A stretch of 64,000 bases of DNA from Gammaproteobacteria bacterium (GTDB taxonomy: Bacteria; Pseudomonadota; Gammaproteobacteria; UBA4575): assembly GCA_965222615.1 (NCBI GenBank), contig CBDCUI010000007.1:480001-544000 (forward strand), written 5' to 3'. Positions 9,525-20,599 of this stretch are shown here, in pieces. Position numbers and translations under genes: made by a program. The notes below the pieces were generated by a model. It was not told the DNA's origin. It saw only the letters and a program-made list of their open reading frames with translations, and did no database searches. The number at the start of each line of letters is the position of its first letter. The first letter of the stretch is position 1.

Positions 9525-11603
9525 ATGGATGAACGTAATTTCGGTCTAGCTGAATACTATATCAATCGTGAACTCAGCTTACTAAAATTCAATGATCGCG
9601 TATTACAACAGGCACGTGATAAATCTACCCCTTTACTAGAACGCCTTAAGTTTCTATGCATTTCATGTACAAATCTAGATGAATTTTTTGAAATCCGTGT
9701 AGGTGGAGTAAAACAACATATTGACCTTAACATTGGGCATGTTTCAGCTGATCAAATTACACCAAAGAATTTACTTAAACAAATTCATAAAGAAGCCTCT
9801 GAACTTGTTACTGAACAGTACCGTGTATTTAATGAAGAGCTTCAACCTGAATTAAAACAACAAAATATTCGTTTTATTCCACGTGAACATTGGACACTAG
9901 AACAAAGTAACTGGTTAAGACAATATTTTCTCAACCAAGTAGAACCCGTTTTAAGTCCACTGGGGTTAGATCCTGCTCATCCTTTTCCGCGTATTATCAA
10001 CAAGGCACTCAACTTTATCGTACAACTTGAAGGCTCAGATGCATTTGGCCGACATGGCGAATATGCGGTGGTACAAGCGCCGCGTTCGCTAACTCGATTA
10101 ATTCGCTTACCCGATGAAATCAATGGTACAACAGCAGATAACTATGTATTTCTATCTTCAGTCATGCATGCCTTTGTCAGCGAATTATTTGAAGGACTTA
10201 CTGTAAAAGGTTGTTTCCAATTTCGCTTAACACGTAATAGTGATTTGTTTTTAGATGATGAAGAAATCGATGATTTGATGCGCGCTTTAGAAGGCGAGCT
10301 CGCTTCTCGTAAATACGGTGATGCCGTACGCTTAGAAGTGGCAGATACTTGTCCCGAAAAAATGGTCAACTATTTATTACAACAGTTTAGTTTGACTACT
10401 GTCGATTTATACCGTGTTAATGGGCCAGTTAATCTAAACCGTCTTAGCCAAACCTATGATCTTGTTGATCGACCTGATCTAAAATATCCTCCTTTTAATC
10501 CAGGTCTACCGCAGAATTTTAGTCACAATACAAACATTTTCAATCTAATTAAACAAGGTGATATTTTATTACATCACCCCTATCAATCTTTCACACCGGT
10601 TATAGATTTCGTCCGCCAGGCAGCAGCTGACCCCAAAGTTGTTGCCATTAAACAAACGCTCTATCGTACTGGCCCGGACTCACCAATTGTCGATAGCCTA
10701 GTCGAAGCTGCTCGAACAGGTAAAGAAGTGACCGTGGTTATTGAATTGATGGCACGCTTTGATGAAGCCGCCAATATTTCTTTAGCCAATAAACTACAAA
10801 AAGCGGGGGCACATGTTGTTTACGGTATTGTTGGCAAAAAAACCCATGGCAAAATGATTTTAATTGTTCGTCGTGAACATGATCAACTTAAACGATACGC
10901 CCACTTTGGCACCGGCAATTATCATGAGAAAACAGCTCGTTTATACACCGACTATGGCATGTTTACCAATGATCCAAAACTCACTGCTGATGCTCATGAA
11001 ATATTTCTTGCGCTCACCAGTTTTACCAAAGCACCAGTTTTAAAAGCAGCATTGCTTGCACCTTTTACATTATATCAATCATTAATAACTCTTATTGATG
11101 ATGAAATAAAGCATGCGCAACAAGGTGGTAATGCACGCATTGTTGCCAAAGTTAATTCATTAGTGGAACCACAAATAATTCAAGCCATGTACCGCGCTTC
11201 AAATGCTGGTGTAAAAATTCAATTAATTGTTCGTGGTACTTGCTGTCTACGCCCTGGCATTAAGGGCATTTCTGAAAATATTGAAGTACGCTCTATTGTG
11301 GGTCGTTTTTTAGAACATACGCGTGTCTATTGGTTTCAAAACAATGAAGATCCAAAGGTGTTTTGTTCAAGTGCAGATTGGATGGATCGAAATTTCTTTC
11401 GTCGCGTGGAGGTATGCTATCCAATTCAAGATCAAGTACTGCGTAAGCGAATTACCAGTGAACTTGAATGTTACTTAAAAGATAATCGACAAGCGTGGAT
11501 TTTACAATCAGATGGCTCTTATACAGCACCTTTAATGCATGGCAATAATGGATTCAGTGCGCAACAAGTTCTTTTAAGCCAGCTAGCACGAACTAAACAT
11601 TAA
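9525..11603 (+). CDS. ppk1: Polyphosphate kinase 1
   Basis: YINRELS, LLHHPY, IKQTLYRT, ARFDE, SSADWM motifs. Confidence 0.97.
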   Translation: MDERNFGLAEYYINRELSLLKFNDRVLQQARDKSTPLLERLKFLCISCTNLDEFFEIRVGGVKQHIDLNIGHVSADQITPKNLLKQIHKEASELVTEQYRVFNEELQPELKQQNIRFIPREHWTLEQSNWLRQYFLNQVEPVLSPLGLDPAHPFPRIINKALNFIVQLEGSDAFGRHGEYAVVQAPRSLTRLIRLPDEINGTTADNYVFLSSVMHAFVSELFEGLTVKGCFQFRLTRNSDLFLDDEEIDDLMRALEGELASRKYGDAVRLEVADTCPEKMVNYLLQQFSLTTVDLYRVNGPVNLNRLSQTYDLVDRPDLKYPPFNPGLPQNFSHNTNIFNLIKQGDILLHHPYQSFTPVIDFVRQAAADPKVVAIKQTLYRTGPDSPIVDSLVEAARTGKEVTVVIELMARFDEAANISLANKLQKAGAHVVYGIVGKKTHGKMILIVRREHDQLKRYAHFGTGNYHEKTARLYTDYGMFTNDPKLTADAHEIFLALTSFTKAPVLKAALLAPFTLYQSLITLIDDEIKHAQQGGNARIVAKVNSLVEPQIIQAMYRASNAGVKIQLIVRGTCCLRPGIKGISENIEVRSIVGRFLEHTRVYWFQNNEDPKVFCSSADWMDRNFFRRVEVCYPIQDQVLRKRITSELECYLKDNRQAWILQSDGSYTAPLMHGNNGFSAQQVLLSQLARTKH

Positions 11604-11605
11604 TA

Positions 11606-13144
11606 TTACCGCCCATGTATTTTAATACTGATCGGTAAACTTTTTAAATAACTTTGCTCTTGCTCAAGCTCAGCTTCAGTAAGCGGATGTTTATCTAGCC
11701 ATTTTTGCGCAAACTTTATATTTAACACTGCATCGCTTTCGGTTATTTTTATGGGCGGGTTATTTTTCTGAATACGATCTCGATTTATTAAAATTGAAAA
11801 CCGTAAGATTATAATCATATACATAACTTGTCGTTGTAAACGACTAGGAAATTGCTTAATAAGTTCATAGTTGATTTTGCGACGGTGATTGCCTACCAAA
11901 CAGGCAAGCAATCTTTGTTCATTCCATGAAAAACCAGGCAAATCCCCATTAGTCAACAAATATGCGCCATGATGATGATAGCGTGAATGCGAAATATCTA
12001 AACCTATTTCATGTAAATCGGCAGCCCAAATTAAAAATTGATACGCGGTGTCATTATCAATCTTTATTACCTTAGAGATCATATCTAGCAAGTATAAAGC
12101 AGTTGTTTTAATTCTGGCGGCGTGTTTGAAGTCAATATGATAACGACGCATTAAGGAGTAAACTGTTCTGTCACGCGTATCTTGATGATGGATGCGCCCT
12201 GCCAAGTCAAATAAAAGCCCTTCACGTAATCCGCCTTCTGAAGCCACCATTTTTTTGATACCTAGTTCTGCAAAAATTGCCTTCAGCACAACTACGCCAC
12301 CAGCAAATATTGGCTTTCGCTCTTTGGCCAGTGCATTAAAATTTATATTGTTAATATTTTCTGCTTCTTGCAGTTTGACAATGAGCGCGTTAATGCCTTT
12401 ATAGGTGATACCTCGATTACTCAATTCAAGTTCGCGCATGAGTTCGGCTATTGTGCGTATAGTTCCTGCAGTTCCCACTACATAATCCCAACCAAGTTTT
12501 TTGATAGGAGACGTGATTGGTTGAAGCTGCAATTTTGCCTCAACAACTGCTTTTTTAAATTTCTTTTTTTCGAGTACGCCATTTTCAAAATATTGTTTTG
12601 TGATTCTGGCACAACCAATATGTACACTCTCCATTAACAGAGGTTTACCATTCTCACCGATAATAATTTCCGTGCTTCCACCACCTATATCCACAACCAA
12701 CCATTTTCCATCAGGACCAGTAATCGAATGGACAGTGCCTTGATATATCAGGCGCGCCTCTTCTACACCTGATATCACCTGAATAGGATGCCCAAGCGCT
12801 TCTTCAGCACGTTGAATAAACGTGGCACTATTTTTTGCCATACGAAATGTATTGGTTCCTACCACTCGAACCGAATCTGCATGCATTTCTTGTAACCGTT
12901 GGCCAAAACGTTGTAGGCATTCAATTGCCCGATCTTGAGATTCAAGTGTTAGGTTTTTTGACTCATCCAATCCGGCACCTAAGCGCACCATTTCTCTAAT
13001 TCGATCAACAACTTTCAATTGGCCGTGCTGATCTTGAGCGACTACCATGTGAAAACTATTTGAACCCAAATCAACAGCAGCAATAACAGAAGAGCTTGCT
13101 GAAGATAGTTCAGCCGGGTAGGTAGTTGGAGAAGGAACTTGCAT
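11606..13144 (-). CDS. ppx: Exopolyphosphatase Ppx/GppA
   Basis: DLGSNSFH, DIGGGSTE, GLREGLL, LHEIG; convergent with ppk1. Confidence 0.93.
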   Translation of the reverse strand: MQVPSPTTYPAELSSASSSVIAAVDLGSNSFHMVVAQDQHGQLKVVDRIREMVRLGAGLDESKNLTLESQDRAIECLQRFGQRLQEMHADSVRVVGTNTFRMAKNSATFIQRAEEALGHPIQVISGVEEARLIYQGTVHSITGPDGKWLVVDIGGGSTEIIIGENGKPLLMESVHIGCARITKQYFENGVLEKKKFKKAVVEAKLQLQPITSPIKKLGWDYVVGTAGTIRTIAELMRELELSNRGITYKGINALIVKLQEAENINNINFNALAKERKPIFAGGVVVLKAIFAELGIKKMVASEGGLREGLLFDLAGRIHHQDTRDRTVYSLMRRYHIDFKHAARIKTTALYLLDMISKVIKIDNDTAYQFLIWAADLHEIGLDISHSRYHHHGAYLLTNGDLPGFSWNEQRLLACLVGNHRRKINYELIKQFPSRLQRQVMYMIIILRFSILINRDRIQKNNPPIKITESDAVLNIKFAQKWLDKHPLTEAELEQEQSYLKSLPISIKIHGR

Positions 13145-13153
13145 GCCTATATG

Positions 13154-13249
13154 TTAGAACTTATCTCAAAATACTGACGAGTACTCTCTGACAAGGCGTA
13201 GTGCTTTCGAGAAGCGGAGGTATACACAAATATTTAAGATAGATATTCT
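13154..13249. repeat. Degenerate or truncated member of the palindromic intergenic element family
   Basis: Imperfect ends agaacttatctcaaaata / tatttaagatag..ttct; internal gacaaggcg and gagaagcggaggtatac resemble the 48037 copy. Confidence 0.45.
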
Positions 13250-13252
13250 TCG

Positions 13253-14170
13253 TTATTTTGGCGGCATGAGCGCACGCCCCGCCCCATAATCAACAATAAC
13301 ACCGTCACGTGTAATCTCTTGTACCAAGGGCCCATTATTGGCAATGCGATCACCCTCTTTATATTTATCCATATTAATTAATACGAAACGCCGATCAGGA
13401 TTGTCATCAAATACATGCACATTGACTTCATACTGTTTAAGGTTGCTTCGAGAACTTTCAGGCAAATCTTTCAAGCTAGGCACTGATGATAAGGCTGCCA
13501 CCGTCGCAGCTTGATCCGTTTCCTCCTCATCGATAAGTAGCTTGGGAGTGTTTGCAACGGGTTGAGCGTCTTTATCAATGCTTAATTCAGTTTGGGAAAA
13601 AGATACTGCGCCCTTTTTTACAGGGGCTTGGGTATCTTTTTCTAAAACCGCTGCGGTATTGTTTTGTGCAGTCTGTGTCGGACTTTTTGACTGTTTAGTT
13701 TCATAAATTAGTGGGCGGTCTACATTCTGTGCTGTTGCTCGCTCAAGCTCCATTGCTAATGGGCGGGTTGTGGATGATTGCGTTGTACTTACAGGTTCTA
13801 AACTATTATTAAGCTCTTGGTTTAACGGTTCAACGGGTGTGTCTTTAGACATTTCATGCTGGTCGGCTGCTAGCAATACTGGTTCTTCTACTGGCTCTGT
13901 TGTTTCCTTGGCTATACTATTCATCGCCATTTCCGTTGCCGCACTATTATGTACCTCTGGATTTGTGGCAACTTGTGTATTGCTTTCCGGTCGTAAAAAA
14001 ATTGCCAAAATAATTACGTTGGCAAGTATTACCAATCCGATCCACATCCAAGATGGCATGGTAGATTTTTTTTGCTGTGGATTAACCGGGGTTACAAACT
14101 TGAGATCGGGTTGTTTCTCAAGTTGACGTTCATGCTCGGCACGCGTTAAAGCGTCCAGTATCATCGACAT
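13253..14170 (-). CDS. exeB: Type II secretion assembly factor ExeB/GspB
   Basis: MSMILDALTRAE start, single TM, low-complexity linker, C-terminal VHVF...RFVLIN..YKEGD domain. Confidence 0.85.
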   Translation of the reverse strand: MSMILDALTRAEHERQLEKQPDLKFVTPVNPQQKKSTMPSWMWIGLVILANVIILAIFLRPESNTQVATNPEVHNSAATEMAMNSIAKETTEPVEEPVLLAADQHEMSKDTPVEPLNQELNNSLEPVSTTQSSTTRPLAMELERATAQNVDRPLIYETKQSKSPTQTAQNNTAAVLEKDTQAPVKKGAVSFSQTELSIDKDAQPVANTPKLLIDEEETDQAATVAALSSVPSLKDLPESSRSNLKQYEVNVHVFDDNPDRRFVLINMDKYKEGDRIANNGPLVQEITRDGVIVDYGAGRALMPPK

Positions 14171-14197
14171 CGCTTATACCTGCTTACTTATATCTGC

Positions 14198-15949
14198 TTA
14201 ACTTGATTGTCGCCATAACACAGGAGTTGATCGATCATTTACGGCAGTGTTTAATTCAATCATCGTTTCACGGCCTACAACACCGTCTACATTAAGACCT
14301 CTAATTCGTTGGAACTCCATAACACGCCATTTTAAAGTAGGGTCAAACTGTAAGTTCTTTTTTTCATCAGTAACTGGTTTACCTTCAATGCGGTCCAACT
14401 GGTCACGCAACCATCCCACGTCTGTACTGATCATACCTTCTTTCAATACTTCCGAGCCTGCAGACGGCGGCCTCCATAATAATAAATAATTACCGTACCA
14501 ATACGGGTCAACAGTACTCGTTGTTATAGTAACTACTTCCCCACCAATATTGATACTCACTTGATTGCCTTGCAGTGCCAACAAAACAACTTGTTTTCTT
14601 TTACCAGCAGAATTAATTAGCTCAAGTACAGCTGGGCGATTTAAATGTCGAATATCATCCCAGCCAGCTTTACCAAATATACAACGCATGTTTGCATTGG
14701 TAGCACGTGCACAAGCCGTCTGTCCCTTAGACTCTGCATAGGATAAGCCCCAATAACTAAATAATATCGCAAATGCTGTGTTGTTATCGGCATTTACGGT
14801 CTCATCTTCGGTTAATTGCAGAAATTTTTCTTTGTCAGATTGCGAAGATTCTTGTGTATCAGCAGCATTTGAAATACTTGCCACCACTTCTACCTGATCT
14901 CGCTCTATCTTGGTATTCGTCTGCGACGACAATGCCGTTGTAGACGAATTTGAGGAAATTTGCTTATCAGTTAGCGTTTGCGACACGAGTGGTGCGGTAT
15001 CAGCAGTTGTCACTTTGTTTGCATTGGCAAAACTCTCGGGAGACGTGCGTGGTAGAAATCCCCAAACGGCAAGTAACAATGCTACCGTGCCGGCAGCAAT
15101 TGCACCACCTGCAATCCACTGGGTGGGCTGTAATCTTTCAACTGGCTGCAACACTTCCCCTGCTGCTTTACGTACCATGTTTTTATCAATACGATGAACG
15201 TTTTCGCCGTACGCCCCCATCATTGCACGTTCACATACATTATTAATCAAACGTGGTACACCACCTGAAAGACGATGTACCATATTCATCGCACCTTTAG
15301 TAAATAGCTCGCCTTTAAAACCAACGATTTGTAAACGATGCCGAATATAAGATGCAGTTTCTTCTGCCGACAATGGAGTTAAGTGAAAACGTGCTGTAAT
15401 TCTTTGATTAAGTTGACGCAACTCTGGTCGCGCAAGTATTGCTTGTAACTCAGGTTGTCCAATTAAAATAATTTGTAATAACTTTTGTGTAGAGACTTCT
15501 AGATTCGTGAGCAAACGAATTTGCTCTAAAACTTCTGAGCTGAGATTTTGTGCTTCATCAATAACTAAAACTGTTCGTTTGCCCTGTGCATGTTTCTTTA
15601 ATAAATATAGATTTAAACGATCGACTAAATACTTGAGACTGTTTGTTGATTTACGATAAGGAATATTCAATTCATCACATATCGAAGCCAATAACTCACG
15701 TGAACTTTGTCGTGGATTCAGGATAAGCGCTACATTTACATGTTCTGGAAGCTGTTCAAGAACACTACGACATAGCATGGTTTTACCAGTACCAACTTCA
15801 CCGGTTAATAAAATAAAACCCCCCGCCTCATCGGCTCCATATAAAAGATGAGCTAGCCCATCTCGATGACGTTGAGTCAAATAAAGAAATCTCGGATCCG
15901 GAGTGATCTGAAAAGGCTTATCTGAAATTCCAAAAAATTCTTGATACAT
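14198..15949 (-). CDS. exeA: ExeA/GspA AAA ATPase with C-terminal peptidoglycan-binding domain
   Basis: PFQITPDPRFLY, GEVGTGKT, IDEAQNL; FQRIRGLNVDGVVG peptidoglycan-binding motif. Confidence 0.92.
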   Translation of the reverse strand: MYQEFFGISDKPFQITPDPRFLYLTQRHRDGLAHLLYGADEAGGFILLTGEVGTGKTMLCRSVLEQLPEHVNVALILNPRQSSRELLASICDELNIPYRKSTNSLKYLVDRLNLYLLKKHAQGKRTVLVIDEAQNLSSEVLEQIRLLTNLEVSTQKLLQIILIGQPELQAILARPELRQLNQRITARFHLTPLSAEETASYIRHRLQIVGFKGELFTKGAMNMVHRLSGGVPRLINNVCERAMMGAYGENVHRIDKNMVRKAAGEVLQPVERLQPTQWIAGGAIAAGTVALLLAVWGFLPRTSPESFANANKVTTADTAPLVSQTLTDKQISSNSSTTALSSQTNTKIERDQVEVVASISNAADTQESSQSDKEKFLQLTEDETVNADNNTAFAILFSYWGLSYAESKGQTACARATNANMRCIFGKAGWDDIRHLNRPAVLELINSAGKRKQVVLLALQGNQVSINIGGEVVTITTSTVDPYWYGNYLLLWRPPSAGSEVLKEGMISTDVGWLRDQLDRIEGKPVTDEKKNLQFDPTLKWRVMEFQRIRGLNVDGVVGRETMIELNTAVNDRSTPVLWRQSS

Positions 15950-16333
15950 AGACTTATTATTTGAACTATATTTAAGGTATTAAGTTACTGCACATCTATG
16001 TCTATAGTATGTTTATCATCAACTATTTAATTGTGCCAAAAATTTACCCGAGTAACTTTAGAAATTACATTATAAATCGGTAGGTTAACAGCAAATTCAT
16101 GCCGTGTATCGGCTAGTCTTTGCGAAAATAGTCAACATCTTTATTAAGTCTAACAATTAGTGAATCTTCTGTTGCATTGATATCATTAAAAAGCATCTAA
16201 TAAATTTACTGCAAAAACATGTATTTATCCGCACTTCAACTACCGATCCTAGGCCTTTTATTGAGATGCGTTGTAATTACACCCTCTCTCCTTAATATAA
16301 GTAAGGTTATTTAACGCATTTGTTACTGCATCG

Positions 16334-16513
16334 ATGAGCTCATCTAATACAAAGCGAACTGAACCACGGCTGCCACCCAAACCAAAACCACCAGAGCCAT
16401 ATGAATGCTGTGAGCGTGGTTGTGACCCCTGTATATATGACTACTATGCCCAAGCCCTAGCCCGATGGGAACAAAAGCTTACAAAACTTCAACAACGTGA
16501 CCTCGACAAATAA
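16334..16513 (+). CDS. 59-aa oxidoreductase-like domain protein (Oxidored-like/OXLD1 type)
   Basis: Hand translation MSSSNTKRTEPRLPPKPKPPEPYECCERGCDPCIYDYYAQALARWEQKLTKLQQRDLDK; Pro-rich segment plus CCxxGCxxC motif; below the ORF-track cutoff. Confidence 0.85.
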   Translation: MSSSNTKRTEPRLPPKPKPPEPYECCERGCDPCIYDYYAQALARWEQKLTKLQQRDLDK

Positions 16514-16810
16514 GAGGTTATAAATTAAACAGGCAACCATGTAAGTTTTTAGTGTGATAACTAAAATTTTTATAGGGAAAACAGCTTCTAATAGCATTCA
16601 CTATTGCACTCCTATACTATACTACCCCTATAAAATACTGTGATAAGAACAATAATAATTACAAGCTTCTGATCTTTACTCCTAAAAAGATATTCAACTT
16701 CCAAATTGGTGACCCACGCATGGATGTTTATAGAGTAATGCCTTGATTGAGGATACATGGATTAGAGAAACATAAGTGTCATTTTTAAAACAGCCGAGGA
16801 ACTATCCACT

Positions 16811-18373
16811 ATGAAGATTGGTGTACCAAACGAAATTCATGAGAATGAATGTCGCGTTGCGATGACGCCCGAAACTGCCACGCGCTTACAAAAACTTGGT
16901 TATGACTGTGCTATTGAATCGGGTGCAGGCGCGAGTGCAAACTTTACTGATGAAGCCTATCGCGAAGCAGGCGTTAACGTAGTTTCAGATACTAAACAAC
17001 TGTGGGCAGATTCTGACATTGTACTCAAAGTACGTTCTCCCGAACAAAATACTGCATTAGGTATGCATGAAACCGATTTATTATCGGAAGGTAGCACACT
17101 CATCAGCTTCATCTGGCCCGCACAAAACGAAGACCTGATGGATCAACTCAAAGCACGTAATGTCACTGTGCTCGCCATGGACTCCGTGCCACGAATTTCA
17201 CGTGCACAAAAACTCGATGCACTTTCTTCTATGGCCAACATTGCGGGTTATCGTGCCGTGATCGAAGCCTCTAATCACTTTGGGCGCTTTTTCACCGGAC
17301 AAGTGACTGCAGCCGGTAAAGTACCACCTGCAAAAGTGATGGTCATTGGCGCCGGTGTGGCCGGTCTTGCCGCAGTTGGAACGGCAAATGGGCTCGGTGC
17401 CATTGTGCGAGCATTTGACACGCGCCCAGAAGTTAAAGAACAAGTTGAAAGTATGGGTGCGCAGTTCCTTGAGTTAGATTTTGAACAAGAAGAGGAAGGC
17501 GGTACCGCAGGTGGCTATGCCAAGGTCATGAGTAAAGAGTTTATCGAGGCTGAAATGGCCTTGTTCAGAGAGCAAGCTAAAGAAGTTGACATCATTATTA
17601 CCACTGCTTTGATTCCTGGTAAACCCGCACCAAAATTGATCCTGGCCGACATGGTGGAATCCATGAAAGATGGCAGTGTAATTGTCGATTTAGCGGCGGA
17701 GCAAGGAGGCAACTGTGAACTGACAGAACCTGGTGAAGTAGTTGTAAAACACGGCGTGACATTAATTGGTTACATGGACCTACCCAGTCGTCTGCCAACT
17801 CAATCGAGTCAATTGTACGGTTCCAACTTGTGCCACTTATTAAATGATATGACTCCTGAAAAAGACGGCAATATGGTTGTCGACATGGAAGATGATGTAG
17901 TGAGAGGCACCACAGTGATTAACCAAGGAGAAATTACTTGGCCACCCCCGCCACTTGCAGTTTCTGCAGCGCCCGCTAAACCCGCTGCTGCCGCTGCTCC
18001 AATTGTACAGGAAGAGAAAAAGAAAAGTGGTATGGGCTTTGCCATCACATTGTTGGCCGCTGCAGCTTTGTTATGGTGGATTGGAAAATCTGCCCCCGCA
18101 GAATTCATGCAGCACTTTACGGTATTTGTTTTATCCTGCTTTATTGGTTACTGGGTGGTATGGAACGTTACCCCTGCCTTGCATACACCATTAATGAGTG
18201 TCACCAATGCTATTAGCAGTGTGATTATAGTTGGCGCTTTGTTGCAAATCGGTAGTAGCGTTGGCTGGATTGTTTTCTTGGCCACCGTCTCGGTCTTCAT
18301 TGCATCCATTAATATTGGCGGCGGCTTTACGGTAACGCAACGCATGTTACAAATGTTCCGCAAAGAAGAATAA
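16811..18373 (+). CDS. pntA: NAD(P) transhydrogenase alpha subunit
   Basis: [26 protein letters not shown]; single-chain alpha. Confidence 0.97.
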   Translation: MKIGVPNEIHENECRVAMTPETATRLQKLGYDCAIESGAGASANFTDEAYREAGVNVVSDTKQLWADSDIVLKVRSPEQNTALGMHETDLLSEGSTLISFIWPAQNEDLMDQLKARNVTVLAMDSVPRISRAQKLDALSSMANIAGYRAVIEASNHFGRFFTGQVTAAGKVPPAKVMVIGAGVAGLAAVGTANGLGAIVRAFDTRPEVKEQVESMGAQFLELDFEQEEEGGTAGGYAKVMSKEFIEAEMALFREQAKEVDIIITTALIPGKPAPKLILADMVESMKDGSVIVDLAAEQGGNCELTEPGEVVVKHGVTLIGYMDLPSRLPTQSSQLYGSNLCHLLNDMTPEKDGNMVVDMEDDVVRGTTVINQGEITWPPPPLAVSAAPAKPAAAAAPIVQEEKKKSGMGFAITLLAAAALLWWIGKSAPAEFMQHFTVFVLSCFIGYWVVWNVTPALHTPLMSVTNAISSVIIVGALLQIGSSVGWIVFLATVSVFIASINIGGGFTVTQRMLQMFRKEE

Positions 18374-18391
18374 GAAAGGGAGAACACAATA

Positions 18392-19789
18392 ATGACTATG
18401 AATCCTCAAATGTTAGGTGCGGCATATTTAGCTGCCGGTGCTCTCTTTATTCTTAGCTTGAATGGCTTAAGCCATCAGGAATCCTCACGTCGTGGAAATC
18501 TTTGCGGCATTATAGGAATGGCCATTGCTGTTGGTGCAACCATTCTCAGTGGCAAAGTAGGAAACTTTCATATTCTCTTCCCTGCCATGATCCTCGGTGG
18601 AGTTCTTGGTGCCATCGTGGCATTAAAAGTAGAAATGACTTCCATGCCTGAATTGGTGGCAGGCTTTCACAGCTTGGTCGGACTGGCTGCCGTATTAGTA
18701 GGCTTCTCCAGCTATATGGACCCGACTTCGCATTTTGAAGGTGCAGAAAAAACTATCCATGAAGTGGAAGTTTATCTGGGTGTGTTTATCGGGGTCATTA
18801 CCTTTACCGGATCCATCATTGCCTTTGGAAAACTGAGAGGCATCATCAGCGGTAAACCTTTAATGCTGCCGGCTAGACATTGGTTAAATTTAATCGCCAT
18901 TTTAATGTGTGTGTTTCTTGGCTATTTGTTTCTAAATGCAGAATCACATTCATCGGGTTTAGCGCCTTTAATTATCATGACCATTATTGCAGGAGTGATC
19001 GGCATTCATTTAGTCATGGCCATTGGTGGTGCAGACATGCCGGTAGTGGTTTCTATGCTGAATAGTTATTCAGGATGGGCAGCAGCAGCAACCGGTTTCA
19101 TGTTAGGTAACACCGCACTCATCATAGTGGGTTCACTTGTAGGATCCAGTGGTGCAATTTTGAGTTACATCATGTGCCGTGCCATGAATCGAAAATTCTT
19201 AAATGTAATTTTAGGTGGATTTGGTACTGGTGGTGGTACGACCGTCGCAGGCGATGAAGGTGGTGAAGTGACTTCGACCACTGCCGAAGAACTTGCCGAA
19301 GAGCTTAAAAATGCGAGTGAAGTCATCATTGTACCTGGTTATGGTATGGCAGTTGCACAAGCACAAGGTTCTGTTAGTGAGATTACCAAAAAGTTGCGCA
19401 ATAAAGGCGTTAATGTACGTTTTGGAATCCATCCGGTTGCAGGCAGATTACCGGGACACATGAATGTGTTGCTGGCAGAAGCCAAAGTGCCTTATGACAT
19501 CGTGTTAGAAATGGATGAACTCAATGACGATTTTCCAGATACGGATGTCTCATTGGTAATTGGTGCCAACGATATTGTAAATCCTAGTGCACAAACAGAC
19601 CCTAATAGCCCGATTGCAGGCATGCCAGTGCTAGAAGTGTGGAAAGCGAAAACTTGCGTAGTCTTAAAACGCAGTATGGCGTCTGGATATGCAGGAGTAG
19701 ATAACCCGCTATTCTTAAAGGACAATACTGATATGTTATTTGGTGATGCGAAAGAAAGTATGGATGCATTGTTGCAGCACATCGATTAA
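18392..19789 (+). CDS. pntB: NAD(P) transhydrogenase beta subunit
   Basis: [38 protein letters not shown]. Confidence 0.97.
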   Translation: MTMNPQMLGAAYLAAGALFILSLNGLSHQESSRRGNLCGIIGMAIAVGATILSGKVGNFHILFPAMILGGVLGAIVALKVEMTSMPELVAGFHSLVGLAAVLVGFSSYMDPTSHFEGAEKTIHEVEVYLGVFIGVITFTGSIIAFGKLRGIISGKPLMLPARHWLNLIAILMCVFLGYLFLNAESHSSGLAPLIIMTIIAGVIGIHLVMAIGGADMPVVVSMLNSYSGWAAAATGFMLGNTALIIVGSLVGSSGAILSYIMCRAMNRKFLNVILGGFGTGGGTTVAGDEGGEVTSTTAEELAEELKNASEVIIVPGYGMAVAQAQGSVSEITKKLRNKGVNVRFGIHPVAGRLPGHMNVLLAEAKVPYDIVLEMDELNDDFPDTDVSLVIGANDIVNPSAQTDPNSPIAGMPVLEVWKAKTCVVLKRSMASGYAGVDNPLFLKDNTDMLFGDAKESMDALLQHID

Positions 19790-19815
19790 GCAAACACATC
19801 TATCAGTACGTCGAT

Positions 19816-19858
19816 GTTGAAAGGAGTAATGCAATTAGTATTGTTTATTCCTTTCAAC
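19816..19858. terminator. Hairpin after pntB, probable terminator
   Basis: gttgaaagga...tcctttcaac inverted repeat; no clear U tail. Confidence 0.5.
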
Positions 19859-19953
19859 CTATAATTTGGTTCAACAAATCCGTTTTTAGCAAACTTCTAA
19901 TAAACTCTTAACATTTCCCCTTTAACCTGATTCGTAATGTTAAACACCATTAC

Positions 19954-20166
19954 GTGATTATGGCCATTACATACCGATTAGAAGATCAAAGAATTACGTT
20001 TTATTGGGATCAGGAAACTCATTTGTGGACTGCAAAAAGTGATGATATTGAAGGTCTCAATATACAGGCAAAAAGTTTTAGCACCATTTTAAAATGGTTA
20101 AAAAAACAACACCCCGAGTTCCCCAACTCAACTCATATCTTCTTCCCAGCTATGCTAAAAACTTGA
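19954..20166 (+). CDS. DUF1902-like (HicB-fold) small protein
   Basis: WDQETHLWTAKSDDIEGLNIQA fits the WDxEAxVWxAxSDDxxGL pattern. Confidence 0.65.
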   Translation: MIMAITYRLEDQRITFYWDQETHLWTAKSDDIEGLNIQAKSFSTILKWLKKQHPEFPNSTHIFFPAMLKT

Positions 20167-20386
20167 AACAAATTAGTATTGATAGGTTAGTTCTAATTTG
20201 GACAATATAAATTCCTACACTTATATCTAATATAAAAATCTGAGCATAGCCCTGTGCTATTACGACAATATGGTGTCAAATTATTGACACTACACTCCGA
20301 CTGCATGTCGTGTCATATTACTGTCGTTATCAATTATTGCTGATCTGCCAATCAGGAAATAAGTTACATAGGGAGTCAAAAATATC

Positions 20387-20593
20387 ATGAGTAATGATAT
20401 CGAACATGAGGACCTTACCGAATTTGAAACGGACATTTTACATCGTGAAGGTTGGCATCTTGTCTGTATGCTTAGATCTGAAGAAAAGGCAATTGAAAAA
20501 GCAAATACCATAGAACGCAAAACTGGAATACGTAAAAAGGAGTCAGAGGGTAAAGTTACCTTTGAAGTATGGGATAAATGGTTTGGTATCTAA
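20387..20593 (+). CDS. Small hypothetical protein
   Basis: GGGAG RBS upstream; 68 aa, protein-like composition; no family recognised. Confidence 0.55.
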   Translation: MSNDIEHEDLTEFETDILHREGWHLVCMLRSEEKAIEKANTIERKTGIRKKESEGKVTFEVWDKWFGI

Positions 20594-20599
20594 CTACCC

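Noticed and set aside
9525-13144. Tightly convergent ppk1 and ppx
   Set aside because: Known arrangement in Pseudomonas and relatives
16811-19789. pntAB looks more GC-rich than its flanks, suggesting horizontal transfer
   Set aside because: Not quantified; explainable by Gly/Ala-rich protein composition; no mobility signals
20290-20300. ctacactccga is identical to the tRNA-Pro 5' end region (23516-23526), a possible att site
   Set aside because: An 11-bp match to some part of a tRNA is expected by chance in 64 kb, it is the wrong tRNA end, and no integrase is present
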